This document shows, one piece after another, positions 1 through 13,613 of a stretch of DNA of 64,000 bases. This DNA comes from Eledone cirrhosa (lineage: Eukaryota): NCBI GenBank assembly GCA_964016885.1, contig OZ024743.1, forward strand, positions 353,090,001 through 353,154,000, written 5' to 3'. A program made the position numbers and the translations under genes. Positions within the stretch are counted from its first letter, which is position 1, and the number at the start of each line of letters is the position of its first letter. Below the pieces are notes generated by a model. It was not told where the DNA came from, searched no databases, and was given only the letters and a program-made list of their open reading frames with translations.

Positions 1-109
1 CCATCCTAATGATTTGAAAATTTTCTCTTTTTCTTTCACTATCCAAACGGAACCTGAACCGATAAGGTCTGGTTTATCGGGTATGTCACTATTTATAAAA
101 CAAATTTTG

Positions 110-172
110 TATTTCATCTGATGAGAGCGTACCAAAGTATTTTGGTACTCTTGAAATATATATAACAAAATA
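110..172 (+). ncRNA. Minimal type I hammerhead ribozyme motif (family A, stem I partly decayed)
   Basis: tatttcat-CTGATGA(118-124), stem II gtaccaaa/tttggtac, GAAA(153-156)-tatata-TA-acaaaata. Same family as 45183-45243 and 45336-45396, next to (TA)n. Confidence 0.65.
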
Positions 173-569
173 AATATGGTTTTATAAATATAGTTTCCAT
201 TTATTAATATCATTTATATATATATATATATATTGATCACTTCTCTATCTTGACAAATGAACTGACTATGCTTTGCCGAGAAGACTTAACAAGATCGTGA
301 TATATTTGTTGACTTCATCAGTTGTCTTAAAGACATGATCCACCCCTCTACTGCTCCTCAGCTTTATTTTTTTTTTAATGTTTAACAATTTATATGAATG
401 AAATTGTTTCCCTTGCTTGATGTTATTTAGATTTTAAATACACACAGAGGGAGTTTGTTTACTAGTTGTATGGTTAATCTCAGTTAATCGAATTTTTATC
501 AACTCACTATATTACATATGCCAAACCCTACATCGACAGTCGATCGACTTTCGTCAAATCGGACCGAGG

Positions 570-708
570 AAACAATGTTTCCGTTGGTCTTTCCAATTGC
601 TAATACTATCTATCGGTCGCAACTCATGGATATAACGCATCGCCCGGTCCAGGAATCGAATTCACAACCTCATGATTGCGTATCCAAGTCTCTAACCACT
701 CGGCCACA
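570..708 (-). mobile_element. tRNA-derived SINE head fragment
   Basis: Minus strand TGTGGCCGAGTGGTTAGAG (A box) ... GAATTCGATTCCTGG (B box-like), diverged, no intact cloverleaf. Confidence 0.6.
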
Positions 709-2039
709 AGCCTTCACAAACCCTACATATGTATATCTAATATACTGAACGCTCATTAGGATTATTTTCCCTTCAACGCTCTTGTTGATACCTACTTGGT
801 CTGCCTGTTTGAGCTAGACTGACCGGGATTACTCATTAACCACTACCACTATCACCTTCGAAACTAATGCCATCACTTGTACCTTTACCTCTATTAGGCA
901 TACCATTAATCTCTTTTTGCTAACACAGTTATTACTACCACTACCTAATATCACAATCAACGCTACTTTTACAATTGACATCACCACTACTACAAACATT
1001 ACCGCCACTAATACCACCATTACCCGCAATATGTCACTTCAACGACAAACAATACCACCACTAACACTCCCAACACACACACCATCACCACCAACACATA
1101 GACGTTTTTTGTTTTTTTTTGCATGTTGACAGCTCCGTCAACATGTGTTGCAGCCAATTATGTAAGTATAACCTTGACCATTGACCTCTTGTCGACGTAT
1201 TTAGTATAGACGATGGTGCAATGTGTGAGAATAGGGCTTCAACTAGACGTCGAGATAGAGAACAATGATAACCAACGGGGAAGACGACGGCGACGATGGT
1301 TATATGATGACAATCATAGTGGTGACGATGGCGGTGGTAATGATGATAATCATTATGATAATGATGACGACGACGACGACGACGACGACTAACAAACACG
1401 ACCATGATTATTATGATGACTAGAATGACGATAATGATGATGATTGTTTTGAAAGGAGAGAAGGAAGAAGAGGATGGAGTTGAAGATACTGCTGGGTCTG
1501 AAAGATCCGAAAGGAGGAAATGATCTCGGTGGAATTTGAACTGAGAGCACAGAGTGTCAGAACAAATACCACGAGTCATTTCACACGAGGCTCCAACTAC
1601 TGTCACATTACCACATTAATATCGAGATAATATTTCATTATAATATTAATATTTGTATAACTTTTAGATTTTATTTATTTATTCATTTATTTAATACATT
1701 TTTAAAAAAATTCATAATTGTTGTTTAGTAGAGCTACCGATCCCTTTGTAATCCATTTTGTGTTGTAAAGTTTTCGGACAATGTCTTCGTTCTGAGAATA
1801 ACACAATGTGCTGCTTCCTATTGCAGAAACCGATGTGTCACTGTTTCTATAACTGCCACCCACCCCACGCAACCTCTCACCAATCTTGGAACTCTTGAAC
1901 ATGACTATGAGCTCTAAAAAAATGTGAGTAGCAATGATAAAGGGAACAAAAAACAAAAACGTGTGTTCAACTGATATGTGTAAGCACGTACTCGTTCTGT
2001 TCAGTTCTTGTCTCTTCTGTATTAAGTGCTTCAAAGTAA

Positions 2040-2290
2040 CCCAGCATCAGATAAGCTAGTTCTGTTGGGTGACTTTAATGCACGATTGGGTTAGAATTTG
2101 ACAATCTGGAACCGTGTGATTGGGAATCAAAGTGTTGGCAACATAAATTCAAATGCGCTTTAGATTCTCTACTGTGCAGAACACCAATTCTTCATTACCA
2201 TTTCTGCATGGTTCTAACTCCTAAACCAAGAAGAAAGCCACCTGGAAGCAGCCGCTATCAGGACATTGGAATCTCCTACATTATGTTAGT
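2040..2290 (+). mobile_element. RTE-type LINE apurinic endonuclease fragment (pseudogenised)
   Basis: Manual translation PASDKLVLLGDFNARLG*...GNINSN...CAEHQFFIT...KATWKQPLSGHWNLLHYV matches the RTE APE motifs GDFNA and TWxHPRSxxWHLLDY. Contains stops. Confidence 0.75.
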
Positions 2291-2519
2291 GTCTGTCTCT
2301 GGTGTTTCTCACTAGACTTATGAGTGTACGCTCCATCTTCTATGTCTACATCGCATACCTGCAAGAAAGAACCTTATTTTGATAAAGCATCTCTGGAAAG
2401 TGCCATAATTAGGCGTGCATTATAGAATAAACTTCAGTCATGAAATTTTAACTCAGAACGCAAGAAGCTGAAACAAATACCACAAGCTCGCTCTAATAAT
2501 TTCGCCAATCCATTGCCCT

Positions 2520-2925
2520 GAACTGGTAATTCATTTTATCGACCCCTAAGTAATTTGGAGGAAGGGGAAAGTTGATTAAATCGACCTCAGTACGTTACTG
2601 GTGCTTTATTTTATCGACCCCGTAAGGATGAAAAGCAAAGTTAACTTCGGCGGGATTTGATCTCAGACTGTAAAGCATGGTGTCCGACTCTCTGCTGATA
2701 CTGCCAATCCACCGCCCTTGTCGACCCCTAAATAATTGTTTCTACTTTTTGGCACAAGGCCAACAATTACCCAGTGTATTACTGGTACTTTATTTTATCG
2801 ACCCCATAAGGATGAAAGGCAAAGTTAACCTCGGCGGGATTTGAACTCAGAATGGCAAGGGCCGTAACTCTATGCGTCAAAGCATGGCGTCCGACTCTCT
2901 ACCGATACTGCCAATCCACTCGACC
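2520..2925 (-). mobile_element. Two adjacent copies of the abundant ~200-bp tRNA-derived SINE
   Basis: Core ttttatcgacccc-taaggatgaaaggcaaagttaacctcggcgggatttgaactcag. Minus strand has A box TGGCAGTATCGG and B box GTTCAAATCC. Confidence 0.85.
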
Positions 2926-3245
2926 CCTAAATAATGAAAGTTTACCTTAGCTGAATTTGAACATAGAGCAAAGTGAACAGGAACAAATGCCACAAGCTCT
3001 AATGACAAAGGCAATTCGCCGCTTAATAATAGTAGACATTAAAATTAAAATAAAATCAGATAAATACGTATATACAAATATAAATATACATGCATGTTAA
3101 TAGGCCAGCTCCATCTATCACACAGTCTAGGTGTATTTGATTTATAAGTATGCCCTGGTGCAAAGTGACATAAGCCAAGCAGACACGCTGATACACATAC
3201 ATATAGTCGACACACAAACTCAACGACAGAGAGGCACGCATAAAT

Positions 3246-3352
3246 ACATACGTACATACATACACACACACACTCATACATACATACATACATACATACA
3301 TACATACATACATACATACATACATACATACATACATACATACATACATACA
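3246..3352. repeat. (TACA)n microsatellite
   Basis: Direct reading. It explains the MYVC/YIHT pseudo-ORFs. Confidence 0.95.
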
Positions 3353-3807
3353 TGCACACATGCATAGATAGCTAGGTAGAAGCTATGATATAAAATCTGC
3401 AAGAGAATACTGCTTTTTCCCCCTTTTCTGAATACCATCAACCCGCCACAATCTCCCCGTTCCTAGGTCTGTCTGCTATACCTTGTCACCTCCTGCCTAG
3501 ACTGCTGCTATATTAAATTCTCTAATACCCACCACTCGAGTTGTGTGTGTTTATTGGAGTGAGGAGGGGTGAGTAGGTCGATAGGGGTAAGTAGACAGGC
3601 GGGTGTTAGGTTTTTGACTGAATGGGTGGGCTGGTAAACATACTCGCTTTATATATAACAAGTCTTTAGCTTTATATTATTCAATATTAAGCCTTCTCCC
3701 TAGTTCTATAGAAAAAAAAAGACACGGTTTAAAGGATTCCTATTTAAATTTAAATCTTTCAACATAATTTTTTTATAAGAACCTTTTGTTATGTTGCAAT
3801 AATAGAA

Positions 3808-4000
3808 TAATGTTTCTACTTTTGGCACAAGGCCAGCAATTACCCCAGTGCATTACTGGGGCTTTATTTTATCGACCCCCGTAAGGATGAAAGGCAAAGT
3901 TAACCTGGCGGGATTTGAACTCAGAACGTAAAGGGCTAAAACTCTATGCTGCAAAGCATTGTGTCTGACGCTCTAACGATACTGTCAAACCACTGCCCTT
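3808..4000 (-). mobile_element. tRNA-derived SINE copy
   Basis: Same core and tail as the 2520-2925 family. Confidence 0.85.
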
Positions 4001-5405
4001 AAGGAACAATGATTTTAGTAAATCCTTCCAGTTTCTTTATTAATTAATTCAAATACAGCGTATTCTATTATAAATATGGTAACAAGTTGAATAAAAGTTA
4101 TTCTAATTACATTAACACCGAGTGGGCAACTGACTTCTACACCAGAGCATGTTTTCAATGTGTGGTCCAAATCAATAGCATGAGGCGATTCGTATTATTT
4201 AATTTGGGTAATTCTAACGTGCTTCAGATAGCCACTTTATACAACCTTATCAAATCTGGCCGATAGAAAGTGAGATTCTTCAGCAAGGAAGCAAGGATGT
4301 TGTTACGATCCCTGAGTCTGGTGATATCCTGTTCGCCCCCTACATCCCACAAAAATAATATAATTGTTTCTACTTTTCGCACAAGGCCAGCAATTATCCC
4401 AGTGCATTAGTGGTGCTTTATTTGCTAATTTCAGTGGCGGTGGAAACATTTCTGAACTGGGGCGGGCAAATTTGGTCAATTTAGTTGTAATGATTAGTTT
4501 AGCTGTTATTATCAAATATCAACCAAGATATAAAATCTTCAATATGCGATAAACATAACATATACATAAATTGTAGCCCGTATACAAATAGATGTGTGTT
4601 TCGGTAGTTTGGTGAGAAAAATATAATTATTGGAGGTGATCATGCCCTCTCTCCCTGGCCCACTAAGTTCCAGCGCCCCTGAATCGTGCTTATTTACCCG
4701 CCTTATTGAATTAACCGATAATATAATTACAACGAATCGTTAAATATATCATTGTATTAAATTTTGTCTAAACATGTACTTAAGGCACCATATGTTATAT
4801 TGTTATATGAATAAGCAATGTACAATGAATATCTGGTTACATCTGTCCAGAACGTGAATGTAATGCAATGGACTTCCGTCCAAAGGGGTGTGCATGATAC
4901 GTACTTCTAAAACGAGTCTGAATTGAACTATTTTTTTTCGGCAACCATATTGCCTACATATAACTGTATACATGCATAATGTGTGTGTTTAAATACATGT
5001 ACCCTGATGAGAAGGCCCGTAATTTAGCAAACGGGGAATTCAGCTGGCAAAAATGAGTTGTAACCGTGATTCAAAGAGAATTACATCAGGGCATCACGTG
5101 TCAGTGGAGTTCTCAGCCATTGCACGTTAATTGTTATAAGAGGCAGTTCCGTTGATCAAGAAACAGGAACACTCGTCGTCGAATCTGACGAAGGTCCAAT
5201 ACATACACTTGTTGCCTGATGGGGATGCTGGTTAAATTGTTGACGACCCAACCATGTAATAGGTTGTAGGGGATTACAGGACGGGTGCACTCATTATAGG
5301 GTTAACTACTATCTGGTAATATCACGCGAAGACAGAAATGGTGAACAAGCATATTGTAAGATCACTTTGGGAGTGATGGACCTATAATTCTTGCTAGAAA
5401 ATATA

Positions 5406-5465
<60 letters not shown>

Positions 5466-5884
5466 GGCTGCTTATGCGTGTTGAAAGTGATCTATTTGCA
5501 CTGCCCTGGTACTTTATGGGTAAGTGTAGAAAAACGAAAGCTATGAGAGAAAAGGCAGTTAGTTTTGGGGTAGTTTTCGGCAGATAGCTTCCCACACCTG
5601 AAGGAGGTCCGAGTCATCTTGGGTCCTCCTTGTCATTAGATCTATCTCCTTCACAAATAAAATAATGATACTAGGGTTTTGGGAGCTGTTCCATGTTGTT
5701 TTGGCAGCGACGGTGAAATATCGCCATTTCCTGACAGCAGGTGTAGCAAAAGTGTTTGCTCTCGCGACACAGTGAAATTTGGTCGACGGAAACTATGCGG
5801 AAGATCGTCTCACACTCAGACACAAACACACAGATCTCTCTCTCCTTCTATCTCTCTATCTATCTCTCTCTCTATATATATATA

Positions 5885-5950
5885 TACTCTTTTACTCTTT
5901 TACCTGTTCCAGCCATCCGGCTGAGGCCATGCTGGGGCACCGCCCTTAGA
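5885..5950 (-). mobile_element. Retroposon 3' tail fused downstream of the 5S copy
   Basis: Minus strand aagggcggtgccccagcatggcctcagccggatggctggaacaggtaaaagagtaaaagagta ends in (GTAAAAGA)n. A nearly identical free copy is at 42609-42672. Confidence 0.75.
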
Positions 5951-5956
5951 AAGGAG

Positions 5957-6076
5957 ATGCTTACAGCACCTAGGTTTCCCAAGCAGTCACCCATCTAAGT
6001 ACTAACTAGGCTCGACGTTGCTTAACTTCGGTGACCGGACGAGAACCGGTGTTGTCAACGTGATATGGCCGTAAAT
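5957..6076 (-). rRNA. 5S rRNA: 5S rRNA full-length copy (probably retroposed, pseudogene or SINE head)
   Basis: Minus strand TTTACGGCCATATCACGTTGACAACACCGGTTCTCGTCCGGTCACCGAAGTTAAGCAACGTCGAGCCCTAGTTAGTACTTAGATGGGTGACTGCTTGGGAAACCTAGGTGCTGTAAGCAT, ~120 nt, with box A, intermediate element and box C recognisable. No T4 terminator follows. Confidence 0.9.
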
Positions 6077-6111
6077 TTGCATATCAGCAGACAGGCCTGT
6101 CAGTTTCCTGT

Positions 6112-6194
<83 letters not shown>

Positions 6195-6218
6195 GCACGC
6201 ACACACATATATATATAT

Positions 6219-6261
6219 AAAACTCAGATTACATTTTTGTATTCAGCCATGTAGAGCGAAC

Positions 6262-6335
<74 letters not shown>

Positions 6336-6378
6336 GTTCGTTCTACATGGCTGAATACAAAAATGTAATTTGCGTTTT
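6219..6378. repeat. Inverted repeat (~47-bp arms) centred on a (TA)n tract
   Basis: attacatttttgtattcagccatgtagagcgaacatt...(TA)n...aatgttcgttctacatggctgaatacaaaaatgtaat. Confidence 0.9.
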
Positions 6379-6494
6379 TCGAATATTAATAAAAAATATT
6401 CGATTCGTTTACAATTATGCAAACAAGACTCATTTTTAAAGCCATGTCAGTAGAATGAGCCCCTAATTCTTGCTCTTCTGTTGGCATGTAAACA

Positions 6495-6544
6495 AAACTG
6501 CAGACACTAATGTTTCTGGGTATCACCCTTCATCAGTACAGCTC
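6495..6544 (-). ncRNA. Type I hammerhead ribozyme motif (family B)
   Basis: Minus strand gagctgta-CTGATGA-a gggt gat accc a-GAAA-cattagtg-TC-tgcagttt. Stem I 8 bp with G:U pairs, GUC site. Confidence 0.75.
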
Positions 6545-6706
6545 ACCGTTCACCTGCCAACTGTCAGAGCTAGTGAAAATATATGATATTTTCTAAAATA
6601 TACAGTGACTGATCGGCCTGATTTACATATTAGCAGATCCACTGATCAGCCAGATTTGTATATCAGTAGACAGGCCTGTCAGTTTCCTGTGATACACACA
6701 CACACA

Positions 6707-6826
<120 letters not shown>

Positions 6827-7191
6827 CAGTGTTCCAGTATGACCACAAACCAATGACCGAAATCAGTAGAATGAAAGATCCCCCCCACACACACACACAC
6901 ACATAGTGTGTTCGTGTGTGAAGGGTTGCGGTGGGGGTGAGCGAGAGAGAGAACAGGCTTGAAAGATAAACACTTTAGCAGATATGCAAAGAGGAAGAGC
7001 CCCTTGTGAGCATACATACATACTATAAACAGATATTGTTCCACAATCACCAACACGAACACAACAAAAACAGCAACAATAATTTAAAGGTTTGAATATT
7101 GATCAAGTCATCCAACAGCTGTAAGAAGTAGGGCGCAGCTTGCTTAGACGGACAGACAGATATACACACATACACACACACATATCTCTAT

Positions 7192-7394
<203 letters not shown>

Positions 7395-7487
7395 AAGAAA
7401 AGAAGATGATGGAAGGAGAAAGCAATGGACAAGGCGCAAGGCAGGTAAATTTCCACCTAACATCATTTACACTATTATCATTATTTC

Positions 7488-7937
7488 TAGCATAGTTACG
7501 TCCCTTTATGATCTGAGTTCAAATCCCGCCGAGGTTGACTTTGCCTTTCATCCTTACGGGGTCGATAAAATAAAGTACCAGTAATGCACTAGGTGATTGC
7601 TGGCCTTGTGCCTAAAGTAGAAACAATTATTATCATCTCCATCTCCGCTACCCTATCTACCAATACTATCACCAACAGCGCCAACTCCCTCAATATTACA
7701 TCCCCGACTACTACCACTATTAAATGAAAGATATTTGAACAGTCTCGAATACATATAATTGTTTCTACTTTAGGCACAAGGCCAGCAATTACCCAGTGCA
7801 TTACTGGTACTTTATTTTATCGAGACCGTAAGGATGAAAGGCAAAGTCAACCTCGGCGGGATTTGAACTCAGATCGTAAAGGGACGTAACTATGCTGGAA
7901 AGCATGCCGTCCGACCCCCTACTGATACTGCCAATCC
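7488..7937. mobile_element. Tail-to-tail inverted pair of tRNA-derived SINE copies (7488-7630 +, 7757-7937 -)
   Basis: The arms are near-exact reverse complements and share the variant gggacgtaactatgct. Confidence 0.8.
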
Positions 7938-9164
7938 AGGGTGCAAAGTTTGCAAATTATGCAGCAATGAGAGGGGGTCTATACGTAATAATCTTTATAC
8001 CAACAATAAATCTTTGAATACTCGCCTAGTATTCTTCCCTCTCTGTCCCCACGCCACGAAGCACTTTCTAAAGAACTGGCCTCCATAGCAACTAATTCTA
8101 AAATTGTTTTCCTCCTATACCTTAACGTTAGTCCTAAATTATCCCCCCCCCCCCGTCTATTTTTTTGTTTTGCCCTACGTAGCATGTAACTCTGTATTCA
8201 TTCATTCTAACTGCATATGCTCATATGTTGTTCTTTTTTAAATTACTTTCTATAATGGTGGTGATGGTGGTTGTGGAATAGTGATGGTGATTGTTGGTGA
8301 GAGCGATAACAGTTCTTATGGGAATTGTAATATTAGTGGCCGTCGTAATAGTTGTAGTGATGCTAGAAATATAGTAACAGTACTGTAGGTAGTGGTAGTA
8401 GCAATGCTGGTACTTATAATGGTAAACATCATAGTGGTAAAGGTGGCGATATCACTGTTGGTGCTGTTAACGATTGGTTCTAGATTAGCTCTGGCTGGTC
8501 AAAAGTATTCCAATGATCAAAGGTGTCTAGTTATGACCATGTCATTGCCGGCTATCTTTATTTGAGGGAAATTTTGTTGCTATATCAAGCAAGTAAAACG
8601 TCCCGAGAGAGTTGCTCAGATAAATGTCAGTTTGTCACTAATGCCACTGGGGAAGCCTTAAACAGCCTTGCCTTTATTTGAAATTTTAGACTGTCTGCCA
8701 GGAGGTGACATCCGGATTCCACTTAAAGCATTGCCTTTCCCTCCCTCATTAAACAGTAAAAAAAGAAAAAGAAAATGAAAACTGCAATTGGCTTGTCTTT
8801 TGGAGTTGTTTATGCTCGGCCACTCACCACTTAATCAGGTATGTACTTAAGATATTGGTTTAATCAGGTGGGACGTTAGTGCAATGTTATTAATCATAGT
8901 TTCTTATCTGTTATTGATCTGCCTATAATAAGATTCTCTCTACAGCAGTAAACAATAACATCTGAAATACCCGTGATCACATAACCTGCTAAAATATAGC
9001 AGTGAAATCTACTTTGAATTAGGCACTCTATATCTTTTAAAACATGTACGACGCATTGGATAATGTAGTCTAAGATACTCTGTTTGAATAAAAGACGAGA
9101 TGGTCGTATTTTGAATGCCTTTGTTCATAAGTCTGCTCAATGATTACTGAATTTGGGTTAGATA

Positions 9165-9610
9165 ATGATTTCTAATTTTGGCACCAGGGCAGCAATTTAG
9201 GACAAAAAGGAGAGTTGGTTATATTGACCCCAGTACTTGACTGGTACATTATTTTATCGACATCGGAAGGATGAAAGGTAAAGTTGACTTCAGTAGAATT
9301 TGATCTCAGAATGGAAAGAGTCAGTACAAATATTGTAAATCATTTGCCCGACGCTATAACAACTCTACCAATCCACCGCCATTGGGGGTTAAATAATGAT
9401 TTCTACTATGGGCACAAGGCCAGTAATTTGGGGAGAGGGTAAAGTCGATTAAATCGACCCCAGTACGTTACTGGTGCTTATTTTATCGACTCCATAAGGA
9501 TGAAAGGCAAAGTTAACCTCGGCGGGATTTGATTCAAACCGTAAAGGCTGTAACTCTATACCGCAAAGCATGGTGTCCGACGCTCTACCAATACTGCCAA
9601 TCCACTGTCC
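9165..9610 (-). mobile_element. Two tandem tRNA-derived SINE copies
   Basis: SINE core twice, each followed by attgggg(g)ttaaataat. Confidence 0.8.
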
Positions 9611-10352
9611 TATTGGGGGTTAAATAATAACATAGTAACATAGCAAACAAAGTTCTTCTAAAGGAAATATGAAACACGGGTAAATCTGCGAACTAAAGAG
9701 AGACCTCTACGTTGTGGTTCGACTTACTAGAAAGAGAATGGAAAGAACCAGCCCTAGTGTCACCTCTTACTTCACCTCTAGCAACACTCAATCTTATGCA
9801 GAGGATACCATTTTGCACTATAACCTTGTGGACACATGCGTCCTTCACACCTTAGCTAGACACCGTATGCTAAACGTGCAATGTCTCTATGAATAGAGAC
9901 CTCGAAAACATTATTCAATGAGGATATAACAACCGTGTCTCTTTCAACTGGGAAAAAAACATAATTACTACACATATCAAAGAGATTATTTTGCATTAGG
10001 TTTTGTTGTACGATGAAATTGGTTTTAATCTTCTATATTTCAATCGTGAACTTCACGCAGTTAAAACCTTCAAATTCCTTACAAATGTTATGTTTTACAA
10101 TTACTGATGATCTTACTCACAAATCAAAATCTATCCCAATGGCTAGCCTACCTCTTTGGAGACAAAAAATACTTTAGCTCCCAAACAACTGGTAACTCTC
10201 TAGAAAGTTCAAGTGAGACCTACAGGTGAATATTACTTCTACACCTAGAACAGTATTGCTATCACATAGAAAAACATCTCTAATTGCATTAAAAAAAAAA
10301 CATGTGACAAGTTTAACTGAGCCTCTTCTACAATTACTATAATGGTTTATGC

Positions 10353-10688
10353 CAGCGGCGTGCAACAGGCGGCCCGCGGGCCACAATCCGGCCCGCCAGA
10401 GTGGCCCGCGATGACAGTTTAAATTTTTACCTTGTAGGCTTATTTAGAATTTTTTTCGTAACCGTAATACAATTTTCTGTTAGTTGACATATACCAAATA
10501 CCAAGTCTCACATTAATAAAACTAAATTACAACATATTTGTCTTTATTGTTTAAAAATGTATTTACAATGTATTTATGACTCAATTCATTGGTTTTCACT
10601 AGATTACATATTTTTGACAGTGACTGGCCCTAATAGTTGTTCCAATGTTCAAAAGTGGCCCGGCAATAGAATAGGTTGCACAACCCTG
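10353..10688. mobile_element. hAT (Charlie-like) MITE
   Basis: Terminal inverted repeats CAGCGGCGTGCAAC / GTTGCACAACCCTG, subterminal GGCCC motifs, 8-bp target duplication gtttatgc / gtctatgc. Confidence 0.85.
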
Positions 10689-11039
10689 GTCTATGCCGTT
10701 CAAAACTATATATATATGCCTTTGTTTAGACCCTCCCACCACACCTCTCGTCACTTATATCGTGTCTCCTTCCTTGGCTGAGTACTTCCTCACTAGATTT
10801 GAATCTTCTGGGATTCCTTTCCCACCAATGTGTTAACCACAGACATCGGCTTGCAACTGTTTCACCTAAGCATCAACCGCATCAAATTCTGCAGTCATGG
10901 GGGAGGGGGCTGCTGCAAAAGTCATGAGTATAGACCGAAACCAAAAGACAATTGTTGTTACATTATATATAGAGAAAAGAGGTTTTAATTTTCGTTTTTT
11001 TTTTAAATTTCGTTTTTTTTTTTTTCCTTATTACCAATC

Positions 11040-12330
11040 ATTCTTTGCTTGCTTCTAAGTATGTGTCTATACTCCCTGCTGTTACTTAGTAATAGCTCTC
11101 CATCAGTATCAAGCCCTATCCTTCATGTGTACGTGGTACGCACATCATGTATATCAGCTTCGGAATCCAGTTAGTAGTTTCCTAGTTTCTATATCTAAAC
11201 TCTTCAATTCACTTAAGTTCTAATTTGACATATTGAAGCTACAGTTTGTGATTTGGATAACTAGTGTAGTTATACCTATTGTTTTATTTTTTACATTGTG
11301 TTCATATTTTAATAGAAGCCCGAATTCATCTTTTAATATTAGCATGACTTTTCTATTGTATTATTTATTTATTTTCTCCTTCATGTCTATATGTTGTATT
11401 ATGTACCTGGATTAGAATAGGTGACCCGTGTCCCTGCTTGTCGTAAAATATTGTTTCAAAAGGTACTCCATGATGTGCATGAAGCTTTTCATGGAGCCCG
11501 CGAGGTTAGTCCCTACTTTAGTGGGGAGAACGGCCTAAAAACACTTGCTGCTGTATTTATATATGCTGTCGGTTATCAGTACTATATAGTTAGTTCTGAT
11601 CTAATTCTCTGATTTCAATGTCTGGATCTGATTTAATGTTTTCGGTTTCAATAAATTTGTCTCTTATTATTATTGTTATTATTGCTGTTATCTTTCAATT
11701 TATTTCGCGTGTGTTCTTTTGCCATGGCCTACCAGATGTTTGTAATCAATCTTAGCTATTGGCTATGTTCCCACAGGATATAACTACGTAAGTGTGGACT
11801 TCTCACCGAGTTGTTATTTTCCTGTTAATTTTCCATTTCTTAGCGATGTTTTCTTTTTATATTTTATATTTTCTTTTGCTACATTACTTATTTATGTGTC
11901 TCTTTATCACGTTCGTCTCGTACTATTTCTTCCGGCTTTACTTTAGCCTGGACTATCATTGCTTGTTTCTAGACGGAGACTAAATCTCTTGTATTTTACA
12001 GGGTTATACTATATTTGTGCCAGTCTTCCTTTGTTTCCTCATAGATATACTTCCAGTCAAATCACTGTAGTCTTGTCATTGATTTCAATCAATGTTAATC
12101 CTGCTGACTCCTAATTATCTGTTTATGTAAAGTCGATAAATATTTCACATTGGCTGGGGGGAGCTTTGTTTATAGAAGAGTGAAGTGTTTCTTAGTATTG
12201 GTATACTTTCTTAAGATATCATTTATCTTCCAGGTTATAATGATTTCTTTCCTAATTTCTTTTATCATTTAAGAATATTAACGCTATATGGCAGTACAAG
12301 AATTGCGATAGAGTTTGTCTCTATTTTTTG
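11040..12330 (-). mobile_element. Highly decayed R4/Dong-type non-LTR retrotransposon fragments
   Basis: Manual minus-strand translation gives NVKNKTIGITTLVIQITNCSFNMSN*NLSELKSLDIETRKLLTG and AGLTLIE..KTTVI, similar to the R4 RT thumb region. Many stops, and boundaries are approximate. Confidence 0.5.
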
Positions 12331-12409
12331 CGGCCGGAGGATGGGGTGGGGGGGCATTTACTTCTTCCTTTCATTTCAACTCATACGTCATACGTATTTT
12401 ATATATATA

Positions 12410-12795
12410 CTAGCAGAATGGCCCGGCGTTGCTCGGGATTCTAAACATAGATTGGCATGTTTATCCCTCCTTTCTGAAACAGTTTTGTCGTATGTTCACC
12501 AATTGATGCAGAAGTCTTAATAAAAAGTGAAGTCGCCTTGGCTGAATAGGCAAATAATCTTCCATTAAGATTTTTCAAAAGCATGTAATTGCGTTCCCTC
12601 TCTTTTTTGTTGTTGTTTTTCCTGCTGTTGGTATGATAGCGGCCGTTGGTCGTACTACTAACACAGTCTCGTCTTTCTTCAGTCAATCTTGTGTATATCC
12701 CCTTTTTATATATTTATCCTTATCGAGCCTCGTGAAATAAATACGTTTGTTTATATTTTGTTATTGAGTATGCAAAAATATCTGTGCACGAATAT
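12410..12795 (-). mobile_element. Helitron-like non-autonomous element, 3' end
   Basis: Minus strand ends cccgagcaacgccgggccattctgCTAG|t, the same hairpin plus CTAG end as 19267-19294. The 5' limit is uncertain. Confidence 0.55.
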
Positions 12796-12797
12796 AC

Positions 12798-12934
<137 letters not shown>

Positions 12935-13078
12935 GAGTATATGTTGGTTGTATACCAACACCTCAGTATGCAGTCTGGAGCACTCGACGAAGTGCGCAGG
13001 TTGATTTGGTTACTCCGGAGTAATGTAAAATAAAGTTAAATAAAAAGTCAAATGTTTAAAATTTAGCTTCGTTTATTG

Positions 13079-13131
13079 CTGCTATATATATTTCAGTGAC
13101 AGCCATCTTTGGCTGTGACCTCTTCAGGCAG
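13079..13131 (-). ncRNA. Minimal type I hammerhead ribozyme motif (family C)
   Basis: Minus strand ctgc-CTGAAGA-ggtc acagcca aaga tggctgt cact-GAAA-tatata-TA-gcag. Confidence 0.7.
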
Positions 13132-13542
13132 TCCGAATTAGTGTGGTATAGACAAGTACATATGTTGTTGAGGTGTATAATATTGTCAATACTCTGATAT
13201 GCCCAGTTCCTGTTTGGGTTGTTATTCACTGAGGAACTGGAATCATATGAATTCAAACAAACGAATTTCAGTGTCAAAGGGCCTCCTCTCCTCTCCTTGG
13301 TCAGTTATTAGAACATTCCTCATTCTAAGTGTTGTTATTGTTGGAGTTAGCTTAAAAAAATTGATAAAGTGGTAGAAGGGACAAGGTGTTAAAGGAACAA
13401 AATAACAAAAAAAGTGTCAAACTTCCCATTGGTTAGTTCTGAGAGCATTCCTCGGTTAGAAGTCTATAGAATTCTTTCTGGGGTGAGGCTCCCTGTAGTG
13501 TTTGTGTTTGTGTTATATATATATATAGTGTTTGTGTTTGTG

Positions 13543-13613
<71 letters not shown>

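Noticed and set aside
1702-2034. 110-aa minus-strand ORF with a hydrophobic stretch as a possible host exon
   Set aside because: No recognisable domain or splice context, and it abuts a decayed LINE.
5004-5060. CTGATGA followed by a hairpin
   Set aside because: No correctly placed GAAA, stem III or stem I.
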